A DNA stretch of 17,823 nt from Methanobacteriota archaeon (lineage in GTDB: Archaea > JAADCQ01 > Methanopyri > Methanopyrales > Methanopyraceae): the NCBI GenBank assembly GCA_027064305.1, contig JAMOPY010000042.1:1-17823 (forward strand), written 5' to 3'. Both the position numbers and the translations under genes were made by a program. Position 1 is the first letter of the stretch. Each line of letters starts with the position of its first letter. The notes beneath the pieces were generated by a model. It was not told the origin of the DNA, made no database searches, and saw only the letters and a program-made list of their open reading frames with translations. This document shows, one piece after another, positions 8,221-17,823 of this stretch.

Positions 8221-8910
8221 TTGGTCTCGTTGGTGATCACGGACCTGGACGGGACGATCACGGGGAGGGACCGCGCCGTCCACCTAAAATCCGTCAGGTA
8301 CCTCCGCGCCCTCCAACGGCGCGGAATCCCCGTCGGCATCGCGACCGGGAACACCCTGTACTACACCAGGTCGGCCGCCACCCTGCTGGGCCTCGAGGGC
8401 CCCCTCATCGCGGAGAACGGGGGCGTCGTCGAGGCGAACGGCCGGCGGGAGGTGCTCGCGGACGAGGACCGGATCGACCTCGTCCGCCGGGCCTACCGCA
8501 TCCTCCGAGAGGAGCTGAACGTGCGCCGGACCGAGCCGCCCGGGCTTCGACGCACCGAGGTGGCCATTCACCGGGACGTCCCGGTGGAACGCGTGCGCGA
8601 GGTCCTGCGCGAGCACGGGCTGGAGGAGGTGGAGGTCGTGGACACGGGCTTCGCGTACCACCTGAAGCTTCGGGACGTGGACAAGGGTCGGGGCCTGCGC
8701 CGCGCGTGCGAGCTGATGGGAGTGGATCCGGAGGACGTGGTGGCGCTGGGTGACGGGGACAACGACGCCCCGATGCTCCGCGCGGCCGGGCTCGGGGTCG
8801 CGCCCGCGAACGCCAGCCGGAGGGCCCGGGAGGCGGCCGACGTGGTGCTGGACGCGGAGGATGGGGAGGGCGTCGCCGAGTTCCTGCGGAGCCTGCTCCG
8901 GGAGGTGTAG
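8221..8910 (+). CDS. HAD-IIB phosphatase (archaeal phosphoglycolate phosphatase type)
   Basis: TDLDGTIT (motif I), ATGN (II), IAENGG, VDKG (III), GDGDND (IV), APANA. Confidence 0.9.
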   Translation: MVSLVITDLDGTITGRDRAVHLKSVRYLRALQRRGIPVGIATGNTLYYTRSAATLLGLEGPLIAENGGVVEANGRREVLADEDRIDLVRRAYRILREELNVRRTEPPGLRRTEVAIHRDVPVERVREVLREHGLEEVEVVDTGFAYHLKLRDVDKGRGLRRACELMGVDPEDVVALGDGDNDAPMLRAAGLGVAPANASRRAREAADVVLDAEDGEGVAEFLRSLLREV

Positions 8911-8912
8911 GC

Positions 8913-12315
<3,403 letters not shown>

Positions 12316-12319
<4 letters not shown>

Positions 12320-12975
12320 CGGGTGCGGAAGAACCGGGCGAACTCCGGGTGCCCGGCCTTCCTTACCCTCTCCTGCAGGGCCTCCAGGAACTCCACGAGC
12401 CCCTCGCCCGTCTTGGCCGAGACGGGGAAGACCGTGTCCAGCCACTGACGCCACGGGGGGAACAGGCCGAGCGCCTCCACGACCCGATCCATGTGCTCCT
12501 CGAACCGGACCGGCTTGATCTTGTCGATCTTGTTGGCCGCCACGATCGGGTCCAGGCCCCGCTCGTTGAGGAACTGAAACATCTCCCGATCGATCGGAAT
12601 CTCGCCCCGCCGCTCCCACCGCTCGGCGATCTCCGGCAGGGCCTTGGCGTCCACCACGTGCACGGCGAAGAGGATGTTGTCCTTGGTCTCCAGGTACTCC
12701 ACGATCAGGTCCTTCACGCGCTCCTGATGCCTTCGGGGGACGCCTTTCATGAACCCGAACCCGGGCAGGTCGACGAGCACGAGCTCCCCGTCCAGCTCGT
12801 GGAACACCGGCCACCGGGTCACGCCCGGGCGCTTGCCTACTCGGACGTCGGCGCCTCCCCGGGTGATGGCCCGAATCAGGCTGGACTTGCCAACGTTCGA
12901 GCGTCCCACGAAGACGATCTCCGGCAGCTCCGTCTCCTCCAGCGGGTCCTCGGGCACGTAGCTGTGGATCGCCAA
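12316..12975 (-). CDS. engB: EngB/YihA family GTP-binding protein
   Basis: G1 GRSNVGKS, G2 PGVT, G3 DLPG, G4 NKID, G5 SAK. Start reassigned to TTG at 12975. Confidence 0.92.
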
Positions 12976-12992
12976 CGGCCGACGCACCGCCG

Positions 12993-13166
12993 CTACGCGT
13001 AGGCCATCACGTGCAGGATGGCCAGGACCGCGGCGATGAGGAAGCACGCGTAGATCACGTGGTCCGGGTCGACCCGGTACCCCGGGGCCTCCTCATCCCA
13101 GAAGCTCAGGATGCCCGCCCGGGCCGGGGGCAGCTCGGCGCGCTCCTCCCGGGTCTTCTTACCCAA
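12993..13166 (-). CDS. secG: Preprotein translocase subunit Sec61beta (archaeal SecG)
   Basis: 57 aa; AGILSFWDEEAPGYRVDP signature followed by one C-terminal TM helix; TTG at 13166 preceded by a G-rich SD. Confidence 0.88.
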   Translation of the reverse strand: MGKKTREERAELPPARAGILSFWDEEAPGYRVDPDHVIYACFLIAAVLAILHVMAYA

Positions 13167-13180
13167 GTTCCCACCCCCCC

Positions 13181-14425
13181 TCACACGGTCGGATCGTCCC
13201 ACTCCGACATACGTTCAACGGTCCGCTCCGCCTCGGAGACGATGCGCGCGGCCCGCTTCAGGTTGCCCTCGGAGAGCGCGCGCAGCGCCCGGTACAGGTA
13301 GGCCGTCTCGATCGCCGCCAGGGCGCGCCTCGTCTCGTTCCTCGCGGCCCGCTCGGCCGCCCCCGTGAACCCCTCCAGGTTCAGCCGGGAGGTGAGCTTC
13401 ATCCCCTTCAGGTACCACCGAGCCCTCACCTTCCTCGCGTGCGGGGCGCCCGGCACCTCCCGCTCCGGCTTGATCACGAGCCCCTCCAGCCGGTTCTCCT
13501 CCACCCGCTCCATCAGCTCCCGGGCCACGGACTCCGCCTCACCCAGGTCGCACAGCGTGGTCGGGACCGGCTTGATGCTCTCCCCGTCCACGAGGTCCGA
13601 GAGGAGCTCGTACTGGCGCGTCTTCGGCTCCCGGATCGTCACCTCACCGTCGAACAGGTCGACCGCGAAGACGTAGTACACGGGCTCCGAGTCCTCCGGC
13701 TCGTACGCGTCCAGCTCGTCCATCCTCCGCAGGACCTCCCGCAGCATCTCCACCGCGTCCTCCGGCACGTAGTCCTTCTCGACGGCGATCGACGTCAGCC
13801 GCTCGATCTCGTCCCTCAGCCGCTGGAACCGCTCGTCCTCGGCCAGCCGCACGTCCGGAAGCCGCCGCTGCACGGTCTCCAGGGTCCGCACGTGCCTCCT
13901 CAGCTTGGAGAGCCGGTCGAAGAGCTTCCCGATCCACGAGCGCGGCACGCGCTTCCTCCGCGGGTTCAGGGTGTACTTGGACATGAGCCGCACGTGGTAA
14001 TCCATGTAATCCAGGGTCTCCTCCCACATCCGAAAGACCGACGTCCCGAAGGCCGAGAGGGGCAGGAACTCCCCCTCCACCACGGTGAGAAAGTGCTCCG
14101 AGGGGTCGATCACCGACTCCACGAACTCCTCCACCTCCTCCACCCGCACCCAGCTCCTGGTGTGGGCGATCACCGGCTCCCCGACCGCGTCCTCCAGCGC
14201 CCTCCCCAGAACCACCCGCACGTTCGTCCCGTCCTTCTTCTCCTCGATCCTCAGCCCCACCTCCTCACCGTCGTTGACCACGTGCTCCAGCTCGACCCGG
14301 TACGCGCGCACCGTGTACTCCACGGTCTCGGGCAGGACGGCCGGCATCGTCCGGGAGAACGTGACCCGGGCCTCCTTCGGGATCCGCGGGCGCTCGCCCG
14401 ACGGCGTCTCCACGACCTCCGTCAA
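13181..14425 (-). CDS. ATP-dependent ligase of the covalent nucleotidyltransferase family, resembling the bacterial Pnkp RNA-ligase domain
   Basis: Motif I EEKKDG (K63), Ia HTR (R90), III VEGEF (E119), IIIa YVFAV (F253), IV EGLVIKP (E314), V RKVR (K332); about 125-aa helical insert between III and IIIa; helical C-terminus with no OB fold evident. TTG overlaps the DUF2100 stop. Confidence 0.82.
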   Translation of the reverse strand: MTEVVETPSGERPRIPKEARVTFSRTMPAVLPETVEYTVRAYRVELEHVVNDGEEVGLRIEEKKDGTNVRVVLGRALEDAVGEPVIAHTRSWVRVEEVEEFVESVIDPSEHFLTVVEGEFLPLSAFGTSVFRMWEETLDYMDYHVRLMSKYTLNPRRKRVPRSWIGKLFDRLSKLRRHVRTLETVQRRLPDVRLAEDERFQRLRDEIERLTSIAVEKDYVPEDAVEMLREVLRRMDELDAYEPEDSEPVYYVFAVDLFDGEVTIREPKTRQYELLSDLVDGESIKPVPTTLCDLGEAESVARELMERVEENRLEGLVIKPEREVPGAPHARKVRARWYLKGMKLTSRLNLEGFTGAAERAARNETRRALAAIETAYLYRALRALSEGNLKRAARIVSEAERTVERMSEWDDPTV

Positions 14426-15102
14426 CCGCCCGACCCCTTCAGCAGGTCCGACGGGCTCAACTCCGAGAAGTCATCCACCTCGATCACCTCGAAGTCCACG
14501 CCCAGCTCCTCCGCGATCTCCGGCAGCTCCCGCTCCAGCACCTCACCGACCTTGTCCCCCCGCTCCCGCACCAGCACCAGCCGCCGCGCCCCCGACCGCC
14601 TCACGCTCTCCTCCACCTCGCGACGGGCCCGTTCCGCCGCCTTCACGATCCCCTCCGGCAGCTCCTCCGGCAGGTTCGGGTTCACCTCCCGGTAATCCTC
14701 CGGGATCAGCGGCCCGCCCGCCTGCACGACCGGCCGCTCCACCAGCTCCCGCAGCGCCTTGCGCTCCCTCCCCCGCACGACGACGAACACCGCGTCCCGG
14801 AACTCCTCCCGCACCCGCTCCTCGCTCGCTTCCACCTCCTCCTCCAGCCCGGAGAGACGCTCCACGCTCGAGATGATGTCGTTCAGCAGCCGGGCCACCT
14901 CCCGCGCCTCCCGGCCCGTCACCACGTGATCCGGGGCGGTGCGCGTGAGGTAGTGGTCCAGCTCCAGCGCGGCGTGCACGAGCTCCCGAACGGCGTCCAC
15001 GTCCAGTCGAATCTCCCCGGGATCCCGCGGGACCCGCAGCCGACCCCGGCCCGAGGCGACGGCCCGTCGGAAAAGTTCTTCCAAGCGCTCCCTTCCCGTC
15101 AC
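14422..15102 (-). CDS. DUF2100 family archaeal protein
   Basis: Recognised motif AGGPLIPEDYREVNPNLPE...GIVK, plus APDH and GDKVGE. Confidence 0.75.
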   Translation of the reverse strand: MTGRERLEELFRRAVASGRGRLRVPRDPGEIRLDVDAVRELVHAALELDHYLTRTAPDHVVTGREAREVARLLNDIISSVERLSGLEEEVEASEERVREEFRDAVFVVVRGRERKALRELVERPVVQAGGPLIPEDYREVNPNLPEELPEGIVKAAERARREVEESVRRSGARRLVLVRERGDKVGEVLERELPEIAEELGVDFEVIEVDDFSELSPSDLLKGSGG

Positions 15103-15110
15103 CCTCGAGG

Positions 15111-15175
15111 CCCCCGATGACGACTGAGCTGTTAGCCGAGCGCGGTCCGTGAGGAGAGGATGGCTGGCCGAGGGG
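15111..15175 (+). ncRNA. C/D-box guide sRNA, predicted double guide for the 23S rRNA GTPase-associated centre
   Basis: C ATGACGA (15117-23), guide CTGAGCTGTTAG, D' CCGA (15136-39), C' GTGAGGA (15149-55), guide GAGGATGGCTGG, D CCGA (15168-71), terminal stem CCCC/GGGG. The guides are complementary to UAACAGCUCA and CAGCCAUCCUC, which I recall as neighbouring conserved 23S segments. Confidence 0.9.
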
Positions 15176-16060
15176 TCACCCCCACTCCCCAGCGATCTTG
15201 TACGGCTCCGACCCCGCCACCGAGAACGGCCGCTTCCTCACCTTCACGACCACCAGGGTTCCCGGCTCGGCGTCCCCCTCGACCTCGTACTCGCCCGGCA
15301 GCGTGTTCGCGGCCAGGTCGCTGCCCACGACCACCACGACCCGGTTCTCGCCCGCCCGCTCGAGCACCACGCCCAGGGTCCAGTCGCGATCGAACCGGCG
15401 CCGAACCTCCACCAGCGCCAGCACGACGCCCAGAAGGGGGATGCCGAAGGATCCGAGCCCCGGCAGGGTCATCTCGATCGGCAGCATCAGGGCCACGAGT
15501 GGGGGCACGTTGGTGAGCAGGACCGAGAGGAACACCGCCCCCAGGATGATCGTCGTGGCGTGCCGGTAAGGCCGCCAGTGGTCCTCGAACGGGGAGACGC
15601 GACGCAACCAGCCCAGGCTGAAGGCCGCGACGAACACGGAGAGCACGGACAGGATCTCCCAGAGGAAGACCGGGGGCACGATCACCTCCTCCAAGACCGT
15701 GAAGATCACGGTGGCGATCAGCGACAACTGCAGGATCAGCGCCGGAATGTCCCACGGCATCCGGGGCGCGGCCGCGATCCGCACGCCCCGGATCTCAAGG
15801 TCGCGAAACGGCACCTCCTCCAGCTCCGGAAGGAAGACCCGGCCCTCCCGAACCGCCTCCACCGTCTCCCGCGCGGTTTCCATCATCCGCTGAAAGACCT
15901 CCACGGAGCGCTCGGCCGAGTCGGCCAGCTGCGAGGCCATCCGGACCGACTTCCGGGGCCCCTCGCGCACCGCCTTCACCAGCAGCCACGGGAGGTTGAC
16001 CACGAGGTACCCCGTCACCGCGGTGAGCTTCCAGACCGCGCGCCCCACCCTCTCCAGCAC
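15176..16060 (-). CDS. DUF2101 family membrane protein
   Basis: Several TM segments; C-terminal RDWTLGVV...SDLAANTLPGEY...GTLVVVKV...P.KI pattern. Confidence 0.75.
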   Translation of the reverse strand: MLERVGRAVWKLTAVTGYLVVNLPWLLVKAVREGPRKSVRMASQLADSAERSVEVFQRMMETARETVEAVREGRVFLPELEEVPFRDLEIRGVRIAAAPRMPWDIPALILQLSLIATVIFTVLEEVIVPPVFLWEILSVLSVFVAAFSLGWLRRVSPFEDHWRPYRHATTIILGAVFLSVLLTNVPPLVALMLPIEMTLPGLGSFGIPLLGVVLALVEVRRRFDRDWTLGVVLERAGENRVVVVVGSDLAANTLPGEYEVEGDAEPGTLVVVKVRKRPFSVAGSEPYKIAGEWG

Positions 16061-16061
16061 C

Positions 16062-16973
16062 TCACTTCTCCCCGCTCAGCTCGTCCCGGTACGCCTCCAA
16101 CAGCCGCTCCTCCTCCCCCACCGCCTCGGCGGCCGTGACCACGTTCTCCTCGCTGTACACCTCCGACAACCGGTCCCGGTACCGCTTGTCCCGAAGCAGG
16201 TGATGGTCCAGGATCACCCGGCCCACCCGGTCCGACATCTCCAGCAGGTGGTCGGTGGCCTTTTTCAGGTTCTCCTTCGAGAACCGGAAGCCGAGGAGGT
16301 AGGTGGGAGGACCGCTGATCAGCACGAGGTCGGGCCGATCCTCCACGATCCACTCCAGGGCCGGCCGGTACACGGGCCCCTGCACGTCCGACGCGTGCAG
16401 GACCGTGGCGTCGTCCGTCCGAACCCGCAGGCACAGCACGTAGCCCAACCGGGTCCCCTCGGGCCCGTGCGGGAACGGGGGAGAGAACTCGAGCCGGGTG
16501 CCCCCGAACTCGAACGAGCGCCCGTCCGCCACCTCGTACTCGACGCCCTCCTCCTCCAGCCGGCTCGTGAGCGCCCTCGCCCGCTGCCGCTGGCTCTGGT
16601 TGATCTTCTCCTCCGGGTCTTTAAGGAGCACCAGCCGGTCCGCGTAGAGCTCCCTCGCCGTCTCCTCGTCGCACGCCTCGTACTCGCGCTTCAGGAACGG
16701 CGTGTGGTGATCGTAGTGGTAGTGCGAGATCGTGATCACGTCCGCCCGGTCCGCCGCCCGCTGAATCTCCTCCCGCGCCCGCTCCAGCGCCTCCCACTCC
16801 TCGTCGGACGGGGGGAGCCCGTACCGCTTCGGCGGGATGGACACGCCCGGATCCACGAGCACGGTCACGTCCGGGGTCTCGATCAGCGTGGCCATGGACC
16901 GGACGCCGAGGCTCTCGAACCCCAGCGGGCGGACCTTGACGTCGCCCACCCGGAGCGAGCGCGCCACGGTCAA
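16062..16973 (-). CDS. UPF0282 family metallo-beta-lactamase-fold hydrolase
   Basis: ESLGVRSMAT, LVDPGVS, ISHYHYDHH, INQSQRQRA, HASDVQG, ILDHHLLRD. Confidence 0.9.
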   Translation of the reverse strand: MTVARSLRVGDVKVRPLGFESLGVRSMATLIETPDVTVLVDPGVSIPPKRYGLPPSDEEWEALERAREEIQRAADRADVITISHYHYDHHTPFLKREYEACDEETARELYADRLVLLKDPEEKINQSQRQRARALTSRLEEEGVEYEVADGRSFEFGGTRLEFSPPFPHGPEGTRLGYVLCLRVRTDDATVLHASDVQGPVYRPALEWIVEDRPDLVLISGPPTYLLGFRFSKENLKKATDHLLEMSDRVGRVILDHHLLRDKRYRDRLSEVYSEENVVTAAEAVGEEERLLEAYRDELSGEK

Positions 16974-17028
16974 GTACCCCAGGGCTCGTCATTCGCGGGG
17001 TCGGCCTACCTCGATCTCTTCATCCCGC
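16966..17028 (-). ncRNA. C/D-box guide sRNA B (downstream member of the tandem pair); predicted targets in the 23S peptidyl-transferase loop
   Basis: Minus strand: C ATGAAGA (17023-17), guide GATCGAGGTAGG, D' CCGA (17004-01), C' ATGACGA (16992-86), guide GCCCTGGGGTAC, D TTGA (16973-70), terminal stem GCGG/CCGT. The guides complement CUACCUCGAU and UACCCC(A/G)GGG. Confidence 0.85.
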
Positions 17029-17090
17029 CTCGGCGTGGTCGCAGGATCTTCACGAGAACGCGAATCCGCGGTTGTTCGCCTCGTCATCGG
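17028..17090 (-). ncRNA. C/D-box guide sRNA A (upstream member of the tandem pair); predicted target in the 23S A-loop
   Basis: Minus strand: C ATGACGA (17087-81), guide GGCGAACAACCG, D' CGGA (17068-65, non-canonical), C' GTGAAGA (17053-47), guide TCCTGCGACCACG, D CCGA (17033-30). The first guide complements GGUUGUUCGCC. Confidence 0.83.
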
Positions 17091-17476
17091 TCGTCCGCGA
17101 GCGCGACCAGCCCGGTTATATTTCTGCCGGATTTGTCGTAGAAGCGCACGCTCCGCCGATCGTACGGGTAGGCCGCGATCGCGTGCACGGCCCCCAACCG
17201 CCGGAACAGGAGCAGGTCGTCCTCGGAGGGCACGGGCTCCCCGTACGGGTGCGAGTGAAACGTGCCCACCGCCCCCCGCAGGTGAACGGACATCAGATCG
17301 AACACGGCCCCCGTGTCCGACGCCTCGAACGGGACGATCAGCAGGGAGTCCACGATCACCTCCTCCCCGCGCACCTCGCCCCCCAGCACCGCGAAGAACT
17401 CGTCGGGGTGGTTCCTCCGACTGGCCTCCAGCAGCGAGTCGAGCAGGCTAGCGTCGAACCTCACCAACCTTACCAA
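17084..17476 (-). CDS. JAMM/MPN+ (Mov34) metalloprotease, archaeal type
   Basis: HPDEFFAVL (catalytic Glu) and GTFHSHPYGEPVPSEDD (HxH-x7-S-x2-D). Confidence 0.92.
   Translation of the reverse strand: MVRLVRFDASLLDSLLEASRRNHPDEFFAVLGGEVRGEEVIVDSLLIVPFEASDTGAVFDLMSVHLRGAVGTFHSHPYGEPVPSEDDLLLFRRLGAVHAIAAYPYDRRSVRFYDKSGRNITGLVALADDR
17116..17126 (-). promoter_or_regulatory. Putative BRE-TATA promoter inside the JAMM gene, driving the tandem C/D sRNAs and possibly the downstream genes
   Basis: Minus strand CAGAAATATAA lies about 26 nt upstream of the sRNA A 5' end and is spelled with codons rare in this window (AGA AAT ATA). Confidence 0.7.
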
Positions 17477-17822
17477 GCCGCACGACCCTCCCTTCCCGCC
17501 GTCCCACCCTGTCCTTGACCTTCCGGCACCACGACCGCACCGCGCTCGCCACCCGACCCGCCACCCCGTACCAGCCGGAGACGCCCAGCAGCGCGAACCC
17601 GCTCACCGTCATCGCCAGCGCCTCGAGCGGGGACGGGAGGGATCGGGCCACCCGCTCCCTCACGACTCTCGAAGGATCGTACAGCACCTTCACGTTGACC
17701 AGACCGCGGAACTCCTCCTGCACCCGGGCCAGCGCGCCCCGACCCGCCCGCACCTGCAGCACCGACGAGGCTCCGACCACCACGTACCCGCTCGTATAGG
17801 TGATCCACCAGGACACCCGGTC
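17448..17822 (-). CDS. Hypothetical protein, C-terminal part with a probable TM helix and basic tail; 5' end probably outside the window
   Basis: The frame is open to the window edge; hydrophobic LEALAMTVSGFALLGVSGWYGV; overlaps the JAMM start by 29 nt. No family recognised. Confidence 0.55.
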   Translation of the reverse strand, partial: DRVSWWITYTSGYVVVGASSVLQVRAGRGALARVQEEFRGLVNVKVLYDPSRVVRERVARSLPSPLEALAMTVSGFALLGVSGWYGVAGRVASAVRSWCRKVKDRVGRREGRVVRLGKVGEVRR

Positions 17823-17823
17823 G

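Noticed and set aside
13545-14060. The ligase's internal insert as a possible intein or mobile domain
   Set aside because: No Cys/Ser start with His-Asn end and no LAGLIDADG motif; its position between motifs III and IIIa fits the insertion module of Pnkp-type ligases.

Overview
A densely packed, very GC-rich (about 70% by eye) archaeal chromosomal segment, most likely from a Methanopyrus-like methanogen. The evidence is a glutamyl-tRNA reductase resembling, but not identical to, the M. kandleri enzyme as I recall it, a tRNA-Sec with genomic C8, and mostly TTG starts. It holds about 22 protein genes: a ChlI-like AAA+ ATPase (partial), nth, a hemA-hemB-PAP2-CitG-DUF447-HD operon, a small orphan, nep1, HAD and DHH phosphoesterases, pyrG, an ApbE-like protein, engB, secG/Sec61beta, an ATP-dependent ligase, DUF2100, DUF2101, an MBL hydrolase, a JAMM protease and a partial membrane protein. 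It also holds one tRNA-Sec and three C/D-box guide sRNAs that the ORF track does not show. Best leads: (1) a 414-aa stand-alone nucleotidyltransferase with the architecture of the bacterial Pnkp (Pnkp-Hen1) RNA-repair ligase domain, but with no kinase/phosphatase and no Hen1 in the window; (2) two tandem C/D sRNAs that fill the gap from one gene's stop codon to the next gene's start codon, have a promoter hidden in coding sequence, and appear to target peptidyl-transferase-centre positions equivalent to U2552, C2498 and 2441; (3) an antisense C/D sRNA targeting the 23S GTPase-associated centre; (4) a CitG/DUF447/PAP2/HD block that may cover orphan cofactor-biosynthesis steps. No CRISPR array or mobile element was seen. 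All family calls come from motif recognition, not database searches.
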